Part shown: positions 38,449 to 53,142 of the stretch, one piece after another
Layout of the letters: each line of letters opens with the position of its first letter
Position numbering within the stretch: the stretch's first letter is position 1
Assembly (NCBI GenBank): GCA_016618085.1
Contig: JABLTG010000001.1
Span: forward strand, 248,001 to 312,000
Direction: 5' to 3'
Length of the DNA: 64,000 bases
Source: Neovahlkampfia damariscottae
Taxonomy: Eukaryota
Notes under the pieces: generated by a model
Databases searched by the model: none
Told to the model about the DNA's origin: nothing
The model's input: the letters and a program-made list of their open reading frames with translations, nothing else
Translations under genes and position numbers: made by a program

Positions 38449-40696
38449 ATGAAGAAATTAAGTTACGAAATACATTATTGTTCAAGTCATCTTGGTGTAC
38501 ATACACCGGAGAATATATTAGTGGATGACTCTTTTAATCAAGCTTCTAGGTGGACACCAAGTAGTAGAAACGAAGAAGAAATTATTTTAAAATTAGAAAA
38601 TATTTCTAAAATAGAGTCTATTAAATTTTTTAAATTTTATAAACTTCATAGTAATAATATGAAAGAATTTAAAATATCTGTTGGACTAAATTCTAAATTT
38701 ATGAAGAATATTTTTTATGGAGAATTAAAAAATAATGAAAATGATGAAATGATACCATTAAATTCATCTAAACCAATACAATATATTAAAATATCACCAA
38801 TATCTTCTTATAAGTAATATTTTGTTTTATTTTTCAATTTCAAAGTGAAACAGCATTACCAAGGTATCCTTCATTTATATTAATCAATAAAGTATATTTC
38901 ATATTGAATTATTTGGTACTGAAAATATAAAAGAAGATTTAAATTTAATTAACAAAGAGAGTGTAAAATTATGTTTAAAATATTTAAGAGAAAATAACTA
39001 TTTATCACTTTATAAAGATTTAGAAAAACAAAGTGGTATAAAATTAGAGAATGATATATTAACAAAAATACATGAAACATTTGTTGTAAATGGTGATTTT
39101 GATAAAACTGAAGAATATATTTTTGAAATTAAAGAAATATTTAATTCTTATATTGAAAATTCAAAATACTCTTATCAATGGAATAAAATAGAAATTCAAA
39201 ATTCAAATGTGCCATGTGAAAGATCAGGATCTTCTATGTGTATTGATGAAGATAATTCAATAATTTATGTAAGAAAAATAAAAGTAACTTTATAAGTTAT
39301 TTGGTGGGTAAATATAATATATAAATATTAAATAGATAAATAGATGGACAGGTGAATGTGAATTAAATGGTATTTTATTTAATAATCTTGTTTAACTTTT
39401 TTTAGATTTTTGGTGTTTTAATATAAATAAAAAAGAATGGAAAGAAATAAAAAACGAAAATGGACCTAGTGTTAGATCATGTCATTTAATGTCATTTTAT
39501 AAAAAGAAAAGATATATTTATTTTTTTGGAAGGTATGCAGATATTAGAGAAGAAATTGGAAATAAATCAACACCTGATTTTTATTATTATGATTTAAATA
39601 ATAATACATTTAATTTAATAAGTTTAAATACATCATTAGAAGGAGGACCATTATTAATTTCAGGACATCAAATGATAATAAAGAATGATAAATTATATAT
39701 TCATGGTGGTAGAAATATACAAAATGAATATTCTGAATTATATATATTTGATTTAATTAAAAATGAATGGTCATTTAAAAAGTAAAATTATTTTTTATTT
39801 TTTTTTTTAATAAAAAGAAATATTACATCAAGAATATCACATGGTATGATTTTAACAAATAATGATAAATTATATTGTTTTGGTGGAAAAAAAAAGAATT
39901 TTAATATATTTTTAAATAATTATGAAATATTTGATTTAAAATTAGATTATAATATAATTAAAAAATCAATGAATATTTCAAATTCAATTTCAAATGGGAA
40001 TTCAAATTTATTATTAACATTTAATGAAAATGAAAATGAAATATATTTTTTTAATTCTTTAATGAATCATAAAATTAATTTAGTTCAAAATAGTAAATCT
40101 GATCATTTTACTAACTTTAGCATTTTATATTTTAAATTTAAAAAATGAAAAATGGGAGAAAATATTTACTATTTCAGAACCATTTCAAAATGAATTTCCA
40201 ACACCTAGAGCATTTCATAATTTTATTTATGATGAAAAGAATAAAGTTCATTATATTTTTGGGTAAGAAATAAATGTTCTAACCCTTTTTTTTAAAAAGT
40301 GGAAATGCGTAAATCTTTATTTTAATTAATATTTTAAGTGGTGAAAATTTACCTGTTGAAAAAAGGTTAGGTGATTTTTGGTCATTATCTTTATTTAAAA
40401 TAACATTAGATGAAATTTTGAATGAAATTAAATTTATAATAAGAAAACAAAAATATATTGAAATGTCAATGAATTTAAATAATTCATTTAAATCATTAGA
40501 ATATTTTAAAGATAATTTATCAAATCATATAAAAAATAAAGATCAAATTGAAAAATTATTAATTCATTTATTAAAACCTATAAATGAAAATGAAATTTAT
40601 AAAACTAGAATGAATTCATATGAAGATATTTTAAAATATTTTCCAAATGATATAAAACAACCAAATTCAAATATTTCAGATATTATTTGTGAATAA
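38449..40696 (+). CDS. MKLN1: Muskelin (discoidin-like N domain, LisH, kelch repeats, CTLH/C-terminal module)
   Basis: PENILVDD..NQASRW, LCLKYLRE (LisH), GDFDKTEE, GPSVRSCH, GGPLLISGHQM, PTPRAFH..FGGN..RLGDFW, IRKQKYIEM and terminal YFPNDIKQP..NISDII; many introns and micro-exons. Confidence 0.85.
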
Positions 40697-40761
40697 ATGA
40701 TTATCCAATAAAATTTAGTTTACTTTTTTATTGGTCAATTTTATCAAACAACAATACTTGA

Positions 40762-43430
40762 ATGTTATTCTCAAATTCATTCTTTTTAGAGTTTATACCA
40801 GAATATATTGAATATGAACTTATAGAGGATAAAAATATTAAAGTATTGTTTCAACTTTTTGAACAAAGTTTATATGAAGGTATGTTTAAAGTAATACTAA
40901 AAAATGAAAAAGGAAGTCAACCATTATATGTTCATCCAAATCAATTATATATATTTAAATCAAAAAGAAAAGAAAAAATAAAAAAAATAAAATTCAATCA
41001 AGTATACAATTATTATCTTGGAGCACTTAAAAATTATTTAACTTTTCAATTTAAAGATAAAAAGAAAATTAAAAATTTTGTTTGTTTCAAGTAAGAAAGA
41101 AATGAATGATTAAAAAATGAAAAAGTGAAATGGATTTATTAGGATTTGAATTATATCCTTATATTTTTGAAAATGAAAGTATTCGATGTTATGTATTCAT
41201 TTCAAAAAAAAGATTAAAACAAATGAAAAAGAATTATTTTGTATTAACACCAATTGGTATTACAGGTATAAAAAGAAAGAATACAAACTATATTGAAATT
41301 AATAATTTGAAATTTAATTTTGAAGATTATTTTAAACATCCAAAGATATTTAAATCAACATTAATTAAAAAGAAAGAAAGAAAATTAATGAGTATAGATC
41401 AAATAAATAAAGTATCTACTATGACTAATACCACCACCACCACCACTACTACTAATATACAACAACATCAAAATATATTAAATAATAAAATTAAACCAAA
41501 AATAAATAAATTAAAATCATCATCAAATAAAGAAATAGAAAAAATAAAAATAATAGAAAAGAAAGAACAAGATGAAGATGATCTTGTATTGGATGATTTA
41601 GAAAATGAAGACCTCGAAGAAGAATTATTTGGATTTTATAAAGAAGAAAAAGAAGAAGTAAAAATGATTGAACAAGAAATGAAAGAACAACAAGTAGAAG
41701 TATTAGAAGAAGAAGAAGAAGAAGAAGAAGAAAAAAAAGAAGAAAAAAAAGAAATTGAATTTAAAAGATTTGAAAAAAAGTATGAAATTATTGATTTTTC
41801 AAATCATTTAAATATATCTTATGAGAATTCAATACCTTATTTTAATAATGAAGAATACTTTTTAAAAGAAAATAAAAAAGAAAAGAAATTTGAAGAATGG
41901 AAACCAAAGAATGAATTAAAAGTTATTGAAAAAAAAAGAAAAAAAGAAAAGAATATATTTTCAAAAGAGATTAGTTTTTATGAAAATATTATAAAAAATG
42001 AAAATGAAATGAAAGAAAAATTAATATTATTTTTAATAAAAAATGATGATTGTTTGAAGAGTTGTGATTTAAATAATATAGAACAAAATGAAAATAAGAT
42101 TAGTAATGGTGATATTGATATTGGTAATGGTGGTATTGATAATGATAATATTAAACAAACCAATCAAATCAATAATGAAAATGAAATTAAATTTAAAGAT
42201 ATTTATATAATATTTGAATATGTTATGAATAAATTAACATTTTCATTACCTTTAAAATTTGAAATGGATTTATTTAAACCATTAGATATACCAAGTATTA
42301 GATTTGGATTTGGTGAATTTAATTGGATGGATACAAGACCTGATATTATAAAAGATTGGAATACATTTGGATTAACAACATTTGGAAAACCAAAGAATAT
42401 ATTTTTAAATTTAATATTTAAAGAAAAAGAAATGAATTCAAATTTAAAATTATTTTTAAAAGAATTACAATCATTATTTCAAATTTATAAAATGGGAAAT
42501 TTAAATTATTATAATTTAATATTTTTAGATTTAGATTCAAAAGATATGAAAAATAAATATACAAAAGAATCTATTGAAGATTTAATTAAATTCGAAAATG
42601 AAAAAAAAGAAAATTGTAATTTAATTTTAGATTTTACAAATACATTCTTTTCAACAAAATATTCAACAAAATGTTCTATTTTATATTTTAATAAACAAGA
42701 AGAGAATATATCAGATTTAATATTTAATATTTATAATAATTCAATTAGAAATGAATTTAAAGATTCAATATTTTATTATGAACCATGTTTTTGTTTAACT
42801 GAAAAACAAAATATAATTAATACATTACATTGTTCTTATTTTATTATTAAAAAATCAACCAATCAATTTGAATTAATAATATCATTTATTGATTCATTTG
42901 GTGAATTTTTTAAAATATTATATTTTCAAAATATAAATTCATTTTTAGATTGTTTAAATGAAATATTTAATAATTGTTTAAAATTAAAAGATAAATGGAT
43001 TAATATTATCATTTGTAAATTTAATCAAATTTGTGAAAAAGAAGAAATTAATTTTTGGTTAAAAAAAAATATTTTATTTTTCTCTTTAAAAGATAATTCA
43101 AATATACAATTCTTTATTGATCATACAAAAAAAGGGAATAGACATTCATTTTTAATTCAAAATGAATATTATTATATTTTAAGTTCTTTAAAAAATCCAT
43201 TTCCAAATCATTCAAGAAATGAATGGAATGATGAATCTTATAATATTTTAGAATTAAAATCATATAATCAACAAAAAAAAGAAGAAGAAAATATGTCTAT
43301 TTATAAATTATCAAAACAATTTAATTCTCTTTCATGGTTAAATATTTCAATTTCATTTCCTTGTAGAAGTTCAATTTTACCATTTCATATTTTAAAACTA
43401 AAACAATTTTTAAAAACAATAAATTTTTAA
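40762..43430 (+). CDS. MED13: Mediator CDK8-module subunit Med13-like
   Basis: C-terminal QFNSLSWLN....RSSILPFH, W...GL..FGKPKNI, YEPCFCL and TLHCSY resemble Med13 conserved blocks. Confidence 0.7.
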
Positions 43431-44627
43431 TAAATGTAAGGAATTATCATATATTTAACTTTTGAACAATATTCTTCCCATCTTTTACCATACTTTTCTC
43501 TACATGCATAATCATCTCTTGTTGCTCTATTAAATAATAAAATAGTTAAATAAAATGGATAAAAATATCCAAAATAATTTGAACTATTAGGTATTCCACA
43601 TGTCATTGACCATGATATTCCAATTAAAATATCTCCTAAATAATTAATTTTTCTAGCAATTCCCCAATATCCAGATATTAATAAATTCTTTCCTTTAATA
43701 TCAGTTTCAACTACTTTTGGTTTTGATCCCCAAATCTCTTTTGTTGGATCTCTTCTAAATTGTCTTTTTTGTCCATTAGATCCTCTAAATATTGTATAAC
43801 CTGTAATAAATATTAAAATATTTAGAATATGATAAAAATATGATGAATGAATAGAAGATGAATCAACTAAAAATAATAATTGAAATGAAAAACAGATTGG
43901 CATCCAAAAATAATCTCCCATTAAAAGCATAAATCCAAAACTAATTTTAAATAGATTAATATTAAATATATTAAATACTTTTCTTCAATAATATCATACA
44001 TAAGAATGAGACCATCTTCATAATAATAACAATCAAAAATGTATGAAAAAGTAATGAATTGAAATACCATCATTGAAGGTGATATTGAATTAAATTTATA
44101 ATATTGTTCATAAAGTGCAGATACTGCAAATAAATGTTCTAAAATGAATGCAGGTCTATATGAATTAGCTTTAATTTCAAATCCAAAAATAAAAGGATTA
44201 AGTTCAACTCCAATAAACCAATTCATAAAAAAGTTATTATTTCCATGAATATTTAATTTATTCTTTTGTACATAAGCTTTAATATATAAAAATGTAGCAA
44301 ATAAGATTGAAAAAATCTATTCAAAAATGTAAATCAAATTTATAAGTAACAAACCATAGCAACTGTACCAATTTTAAAAAAGTTTCTCCATACAATAGCA
44401 CCATCAAAAAGTCCCAAACCAGTATTAGAAAATATGACAAATAAAAAGATTGAAGTGAAGTGAACTCTTAAACCATTGAGTTTATAGGTGATACGACTAC
44501 CATCTTTCAATTGAGCACCTTCAGCAGTATTTCCAGGTATAATTACTGTAGCAATGACAGTGTACAATAAAACACAACCATAAATGATGAAACTCTCTAC
44601 GCTCGGAACAAAATTTGAAAACTCCAT
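43427..44627 (-). CDS. Sterol reductase, ERG24/TM7SF2 (Delta14)-like
   Basis: YKLNGL, WFIGVELNP, DIIEE.FGFML..GD, IFRGSNGQK..FR, LLISGYWGIARKINYLGD, RDDYACREKYG..WEEYC; two introns. Confidence 0.88.
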
Positions 44628-44818
44628 TTTAACCAATCACAATATTTTCCGACATGGATAAATTATTAATAATTCTCCTTTTCTCCATTTCAAATTGTTA
44701 CTTTTCAACACTAAATTCTGAATCAACGGAAAATTTACAGTTTCTTTTGAAGTGTTACACTAGTTGATTACAATTATAAATCTCCACCAATAGAAAATCG
44801 ACTTCGAAGCATTTTGAA

Positions 44819-46180
44819 ATGGAAGGAAGTACGATTTCTGCTGTTCGTTGGGTACCTCGTGGTGCATTTTCTTTGAAGCCATCTGTTGTAGAAATTCCAG
44901 AAGATGAAATACAAAAAGCAGGAGAAGTAGACAACTTTAAAGAAAAAGAAGTAAAAGAAGAAGAAATGAAAGAAGAAGGAGAAATTAAAAAAGAGGATGA
45001 AAATTTAGATGATGATGAATTAAAAGAGTACAATTTTGATGAATATGACAATGAAAAAGATATTGATTTGGATGACTTAAAAGCAAAATTAATTTTAAAA
45101 GATGGAATAAAAGAAGATAGTTTATATTATAAAGAAGGAGAAAAAGATCCAAATATGATTGGTGATGAATCTGATAGTAGTATGGATGATTTAGAGTTGA
45201 ATAATGATGATATTGAATTATTAGCTATAAATAATGAAGACAATGTAACTACTTTACAAGTTTGGATTTATGAAGAATTAGAAGATAATTTATTTTTACA
45301 TCATGATATTTTATTATCAACTTTTGGATTATCTATTGAATGGTTAAATAAAAAAGATAAAATTGGAAATTTTGCAGCTATAGGTACTTTTGAACCTTTT
45401 ATTGAAATTTGGGATTTGGATATTATTGATCCTTATGAACCAGTTTGTGTATTGGGATTTGATTTAAATAAAAAAAAAAAAAATAAGAATTCTCATGAAG
45501 GTGCAGTATTAGGATTATCATGGAATAAAAAATTTACAAGTATTACAAAAAATTAAAAATATTAAATTATAGATTTACTTGCAAGTTGTAGTGAAGATAA
45601 AACTATAAAGATTTGGGATATAAATGAAGAAAAAGTTATTGAAACTATTAAACATCATAAAGATAAAGTAGCATCTGTTTGTTGGCATCCTGAAGAAACT
45701 AATATTTTATTAGCTGGATCATTTGATGGTACTATTTCATTATTTGATCCTTCAAAAGTAAATTATATTAATACTAAATAATAAAAAAAAAAGCCAACTA
45801 AATTTAATTCATATAAAGTACCTAAAGATATTGAAAGTTTAAAATGGAATCCACATCAAAAAGAACAATTTGGAGTATCACTTGAAGATGGTACAGTAAT
45901 GTTATTTGATTATAGAAATACAAAAAAGAGTTTAGGTAGTTTTAAACCACATAATTCAACATGTTCTGATATTGCATTTCATCCACTTCAAAATAATATT
46001 TTAACAACATCAGGAGAAGATTCAATGTTATATTTTTGGGATATTTCAAGTTCAACACCAAAATTATTAAATAAAAAGAATCAAAATGCATCAATATTTT
46101 CAATTGATTATATTGAAAATCATTTAGTTGTTGGTGGATTAAATGGTAAACTTGATGTTTATCCAAATATTAAATTTTAA
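44819..46180 (+). CDS. PWP1: Periodic tryptophan protein 1 (WD40)
   Basis: ISAVRWVPRG, LQVWIYE..NLFLHHDILL..F.L.IEW, GNFAAIGTFEPFIEIWDLD, HEGAVLGLSWN; two introns. Confidence 0.9.
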
Positions 46181-49100
46181 TTTTTGATAATATTTTTTTT
46201 GTTCTTTCATTTTCTGGATCTAATTGTAATGCAAATTCAAAATCTTTTTTACATTTATCATCTTGTTCCATAATATAATAAAGTAATGCTCTATCAACAA
46301 ATATATCTGATTCATTTTTATTTGATAATTTAATTGCCATAGTATAATCTTTTTCTGCTAATTCATATTCTTTTAATTGTCTATGATAAATTAATGCTCT
46401 ATTATAAAATGAATCAACATTATCTTTTTCAAATTCAATTGATTTACTAAAATCATTTATAGCTAATTCATATTCTTTTAATTGATTATAAATCATTGCT
46501 CTTTCAAAATATAAATCTGAATTTGAAGGTGATAATTTTATTGATTTTGTATAAAATTGAATTGATTCTTCAAATTTATTTATTTTTTTTAATAAACGAG
46601 ATATATAAATTAATGATTTTAAATGATCTGATTCAATTTCAATTACTTTTTTAAAATCATTTATAGATTCATTTATTTTATTAATTTGTTTATAAGATAA
46701 TCCTCTATTAAAATATTCTAATAATAATTCATTTTTATCATTTTCTTTTTCAATTATTTTTGAAAAATATTCAATTGATTCTTTATAATTCTTTGATAAA
46801 AATGAATTCTTTGCTTTTTCTCTTAAAATAGATATATTTTCATCCAATGAGATTTCAGTTTGTTCATTTTGATTTAATTTAATAAAACATTTTGATCTAT
46901 TTAAAATTAATTCATTTTTAAAATCTAAATCATCATCATCTGATAATAATTTAATTGCATTATTATAATCTTCTTTTGCTTCTTCATATTTTTCTAATTG
47001 ATAATAATTTTGACCTCTATTATGTAATGCAGTAACTGAACTTTGATCCAAAAATAAAAAACTAGTATATGATTCAATTGCTTTAATTGAATCACCTAAA
47101 TGATCATAACAAAGTGCTAATCCTAATATATGATGTGGTGATTGTGAATCAAGTAAAATACATTCTTCAAAATCATCTAATGCATTTTTATATAATTCTA
47201 ATGATTTATAACATGATCCTCTAATATATATTGCTCTTACATTTTTAGGTTGATATTCAATTACTGTTGACATATCTTTTATACTTTTTTTAAATTCTTT
47301 TAAATTATAATAAACTATTCCTCTATTAAAATATCCTTGAATTAAATAATTATTTTCTTCAATTGCATCACTATATAATTTTATTGCATTTTCAAAATCT
47401 CTTTCTTGTTTAAATGCTAAATTACCTTTAGCAAATAATTCATCTCCTTTTTTCTCTTTTTCTTTATCTATTTCAGGTATTTCTTTTTCAATTCTTTCTT
47501 TAATTTGAATTGATTCATTTTCTTTTTCTTCTTTATTTAATTCTTCTTCTGCTTGTCTTTTTAATTCTTCTTTTATTCCTTTTCTTTTTTCTTCTTCTTT
47601 TTGTTCTTCTCTTAATTTTCTTTTTTCTTCTAATAATCTTCTTTTTTCTTCTTTTTTTTTTATTTCATCATTATTCTTTTCATTATCACTTTGTTCATCA
47701 TTATTCTTTTTATCATTATTCTTTTCATCTTCTTTTAATAATTCATCATCATTCTTTTCAGAATTTAATTTTAATTTTTGTAATTTTTCATTAATTTCTT
47801 TTGTTTTATTTTCTAATACATTTTTATCATCACTAAATTCTTCTCTTAATTTTCTTTTTTCTTCTAATAATTTTCTTTTTTCTTCTTTTAAATCAATTTC
47901 ATCTTTTTTATTATATTGATAATGATTCATTGTAATCTTTTGAGATTGTTTTATTTGATTATTTTCTCTTTTAACAATATCTTTATATTTATTTGGAGTA
48001 TAAGATGGTATTGCTCTTTGTTTTCCTTTCATATTACCATTTGAATTATTTATAATTTCACTAATAACACGATCTATAGATTCAATCCATTTATCTTTTT
48101 CTGAATCTTGAAGTGTTAATGTAAAATTAGATCCAATAATTTGAAAACAATCATTCTTAAAATAATTATTTAAATATATAATATGGGGGGATTTACCATT
48201 CCTAAATCTCTTGTCCATGATATTGGTATTGTATTTAAATATAAAATATTATCATATAAAATAATATCACCACCACTATAAATACATTGTAATATCATAT
48301 CATTAAATAAATAAAATGTTCTATATTTCCATCCTATTTAATAATTATATTATTAAATATTTAAATGATTAAACCTGTTGAATCATTTTCATTTTCTAAA
48401 CCACCATCTGGTATTACCATAAATTGTCCTTCCATAATAAACTTTCTTGTTGGTGTAATTAATTGTATTTTTTTATCTTCATCAAGAGGTCGATAAAATA
48501 ATTTTCTATTAATTTGTATTATTTTAGTTGTTGCTTCATCTTCTCTTAATGTTTTATTTAAAAAGTTTCCAACACTTTGTATTTCTTCTATTGCCTCAAT
48601 TAAATTTTCATCTTGTCCTTTCTTGGTATATTTACTCAATTCTTCAAGTAACATTTTATATCCTTTCATTAAAAAAAAAAATATTAATTTTTACTTGGAA
48701 TTCTTTGAACTGGCATGATTAAATAAGATGAAATAGGTTGACGTCCTTGATCAGTTTTAAAAAAAAAAAAAAGGTAAAAGTACCATCTTCAATTGCACTC
48801 CTTTCAAGTTTCTTAAGGTGAACATATATTAATTATTATTTTTTATTTACTGAAACTAAATCTCTAAACTTTTTATTTTCACCTTTTAACTGTTTAAAAG
48901 CTGAAGTAATAGTATTATATTCTTTACAATATTTAGTATATAATTTTAAATAAGGTGCCTAAATTATATTTAAATTTATTTTTTAAAATTTACAAATCGA
49001 ATAAATATATCTCCTATTGATGGTTTGGTAACTCCATTATAATTTGCTTCCAACTGTTTGAATAAACTTTCATTTATCTTTATTATACTTTCTATATTCA

Positions 49101-49353
49101 CAAACACTTTAGAAAAGTTTTCATAATTTCCTTTAGATATTGGTAGTTGATAATTCTAAGAATAATTAAAAAAAAAATTTGAACAAACTTTTTTGAAATC
49201 TTCCAACTCTTTTAAATAGTTCTAAAAATGAATGATACTATATTCTATTTTACCTTCTCAGTTTCAACTATTTCACGTAAGATTCTATGTTTGAAGAATT
49301 AGAGAGATTGATGATGTTATATACCTTTTTCTTTCCTTTTCTTCTTCGTTCAT
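46170..49353 (-). CDS. DH (RhoGEF)-PH domain protein with C-terminal TPR repeats
   Basis: ILREIVETE, APYLKLY..YC, SYLIMPVQRIP.YKMLL.EL; PH segment; many YFNRG TPR repeats; multiple short introns. Confidence 0.8.
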
Positions 49354-49426
49354 TTTGATTGGTCAATCATTTTGAGTAGAACCATTTTATTTTAATATAA
49401 ACAAAAACTTTATTTTTTATGAATTA

Positions 49427-52326
49427 TCATTCTTTAGGTTCTCTTTTATATGATAATTCAATCAATTGTTCTTCAGAAAATACATTCATATTTTTCAATT
49501 TATTTGATAATTCAACAATACCTTTGAATATTTTTAAATAATAAAAGTAATTTTACCAATGAATTCGTAAGGTTTTTGTTGATTTGTTTGTATTTCACGA
49601 ATAACTTTTGCTAATTTTCTACATTTTGAGAAATTAATTTTATCATTCAAAATATTTTTGTTTGCATCTTCAATAAATGTCAAATCAGTTAAATAAAGAC
49701 CAATATAAGGTAAAATAGGAGGAAGTGCTTTTTTTAATTCATTTCTCATCAATCCATAATTTTTCTTTCTTGAAATTAGTTTAGTTAAATGTTCGAATTC
49801 AGATTTTAATTTTGGATTAATCTAACATTTTAAAAAATTAAGATAAAAAAAAAAATGAATACATTTTTCCAAGTTTCATCTAATCTATGAATAGCAATAC
49901 TATTTAAACCACCAAGTATTTCAAATAAACAATTGTATGCATTCAAATTTTTTAATTCAATTGCAACTTTTAAAAATAATTCTAATGAATTTTGTCTTTG
50001 TGTGACTTTTTCAAATTTTAATATTTCAAATGCAACCCAATTTACAACTCTAAAATTTTAAATAAATTTTAATTTTTTACGTATTTGTTCTTAATATCAT
50101 TTCATGAATATTTGGTGCTTTTAATTCTCTATTTTCTTTATTCCAAGCTTGATTTAAACATTCTTTTGCTCTTATTTTTTCAAAGATATTAAATTCAATT
50201 AAAATTAATTGTCTACTAATCTCAATAGGATCCCAAGCAGTAATATCAAGATTATTAATTTTCATTTGAAAATCATTTAAATTATTTGAACTTTTTGAAA
50301 ATATTTTAGGTAATCTTGGTTTTGGAGAATTTGAATTTGGAGAAGAATTATTTGAACAAGATGGTGAATTATACATTGATTTTAAAGGTGATGTATTTGG
50401 AGTTGTAAACATTTCTAATTGTTGTATTTCTTTTGAAATTGAATTTAATTGTTGTTGTTCAAATGTATCTCTTTTCATGATATATTTTTTAATTGAAATA
50501 GATATTTGTTTTGATCCAATTTCAAATTTAGTTTTTAACATTTCATCAACAAATTGATTTAATAAATTAATTAAATCTTTGTTATTTCTAAAATCATATG
50601 CATGATTGGTTATCCAAATTTTTAATATTTGTGATATTCTTAATCTCATTGGTAATAAATATAATATTTTAAAATGTTGAAATTGTTCTAATGTTGTAGA
50701 TGAACCAAATTTTGGTCGAATATTATATTTTTCAATTAATTTTTTTAATAATTCAATTGGAGTTGTAAAGTTTCTATAAGTTAATAAAAATGAATAAAGA
50801 AATAAATTATCATAATCTGTTGGTGTTGTTAATTTTTCAATTAATTTTTCAAATGTTGCACATTTTATTTCATTTTCATTTTCATTTGAATATTCAATAT
50901 AATCAATTGAATTTGGTAAACATTCATTATTATATTGATCATTATCTAATTGATTTATTGAATTTAAAATATAATAATAATTTGGTGAATCAATGGTATG
51001 TGATTGTTCAATTAAATTTGTAATTAATTCTCTTTCACCTTCCATTTTATTAATTGATATTTTTTGTAAATTTCTTATCCATTTTCCTTTTGATTCTTCA
51101 TTTTTAGCTTTAAATATTTTAAATAATTCATCATTAAATATTATTTTAAATGAACATTGATTATTTAAATCATCTTTAATAGATTCAACTGAAAATTCAC
51201 CAATTTTAACAGGATATAATTCATTCTTTCTTCCACTTAATGTCATTTCACTCTTTATTAATAATTTATCAAATAAAAATACTTGACATGATTTATTTTC
51301 AAATTCTAATATTCCATCATAAATGAATGTTTCAGTTTTAGATTTTTTATTACTTCCTGTTATTTTAGTGGATGCAAGATCATCTATTCCTAATAATTTT
51401 TGAATTGAAATAAACTTTTCTTGTTGATATATTTCATTAATATATATCTCATTATCTTTCATAAATTTATTAAAATTATTTATAATATTTCCTAATTTTA
51501 ATCCAAATTTATCATTTAAATGATATAATTTCCATTCTTGATATTTTAAAATATATAATTCAATATCTAATGCAGGAAGTATACATAATTCTGTAAATGT
51601 TATTGAATCTTTACTTTCAATAGTTTTCATAAAATGTTCACATTCTTTATTTTTATCACATAATATATTCAACATAGTTCTCATACCTCTACAACTTTGT
51701 AAATATTTGGAATAAATATTAATATTTTCTTTTGTCATTTCAAATAAATTCTCTTTTTCAAAATTAATTTCTTCATGACATTTCTTTAAATCAATTATAT
51801 TTAATGATATTTTACAACAAATATCATACAATTGTTTTAATTCTAAAAATTATAATTTAATAAATTAAAAAATACCTGTCGTTGGTGCAACTCTTTTAAA
51901 TACTTTTTCATAATCATTTTTGATTTTTGAAACTCGAAAATGAAATCTATCTTCAATATTTTTTAATTCTTTGATGACAGATTCTTCTTTTATCTTTTCT
52001 TTTTTGAAGATGGGTTCAATATATTTCACTTTTTCGTTTGAATTAATTCGATTTTGATAGTTTGAAATTTTATCTTGGATAGAATTTCTCGTTTTTTCTT
52101 GTATTTTTTTCGTTTCTTTTGAATCATTTTTATTTGATTCAATATTTTTGTTTTCTTTTTGGTGTTCTATTTTATTCTCTGATTTTTTATTTTTCGTTTG
52201 AATGGTTTCTAAAACAAAAATGGTTATTTGAAAAGGCATGTATAGTGTCTCCACAACTAAGGTGACAATTATTATTGTAAAAAAATAAAACAATTCCAAA
52301 AAATTGTCTACAAGTGTGATGTTCAT
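49427..52326 (-). CDS. Ras GEF (degenerate DH-PH, REM, CDC25 domain)
   Basis: ATFEKLIEKLT, FLLTYRNFTTP, WITNHAYDF, DPIEISRQL, PILPYIGLYLTDLTFIED.N, INFSKCR; three introns. Confidence 0.88.
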
Positions 52327-52401
52327 CAATGGTTTGAATTCAATGTGGAAAATGATTGGTTGTTGCAACAAGTGAGATTAAAATTAATTTTTTTTATTAA
52401 A

Positions 52402-53017
52402 TCAATATCTATTGAGTAATTCAAAAGGATTTTGCCTTGGACACTTGCAATAATCTGGGATAACAAAAACATCTGGGCTTGGTGCAGAATTTGTGAACTT
52501 TTTGACTTCATAACGCACTTTTTTTTCTCCTGAACCCAATTGAGCATAAATAGGAGTTTCACCGTCAAAACAAAATTCAACAGGAGGAGATCCTTTGTAT
52601 AAAATTCCTTTGAGTCCATATGAATTTGAACAAGCTTCAGTAGTTTTATTTGTGTATGGAAGTTGTTTCCAAACCTCTGGTAATCTGCAACCACGACATT
52701 TTTGTCCTTTGCAACCCTTACCATCTAAACAACCTACTTTACATTCCTTTGTTTTTGGATAATAGGAAGCAGACATTTCATGATCGGTCTTACAACTGAA
52801 CGTTAATCGAGTTTCTTCTTTAAATTGAGCAATTCTACTATTAGTGAAATCTATATCAATTAATTTTCAAGAATTAATTTTTACCATAGAACAATTCAAA
52901 TTCAACGTCTTTTCCAGTGACTTTTCCAACCATAGTAAAATCAGCACTAACTTTGGGTGGTTCTTCAGCAATAACAAAAGCTATCAGCACTAGTGCCATG
53001 AGAAGAGTTTTAATCAT
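52402..53017 (-). CDS. Secreted Cys-rich protein, ependymin-related (EPDR)-like
   Basis: Signal peptide MIKTLLMALVLIAFVIA, PPKVSADF, C-terminal F...PSPDVFVIPDYC; one intron at ~52852-52884. Confidence 0.5.
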
Positions 53018-53142
53018 TTTTGTTTAAATTTTTTATCCAATAACATCAAGTGCATGTGTTTGATATCGATTGGTTGATGAGAGAAGAGAGAAAATCAGTG
53101 GAATATTCATCCAATGATATTCGATAAAATACTTTTATTTTC

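Noticed and set aside
41420..41760. ACC/ACT and GAA microsatellite-like runs
   Set aside because: They encode poly-Thr and poly-Glu low-complexity tracts in Med13 and are not independent repeat elements.
27553..51023. Many 60-130 aa antisense or alternate-frame ORFs (e.g. 28000..28314, 34578..34958, 47510..47794, 50790..51023)
   Set aside because: Shadow ORFs of AT-rich coding sequence with no motifs or promoters.
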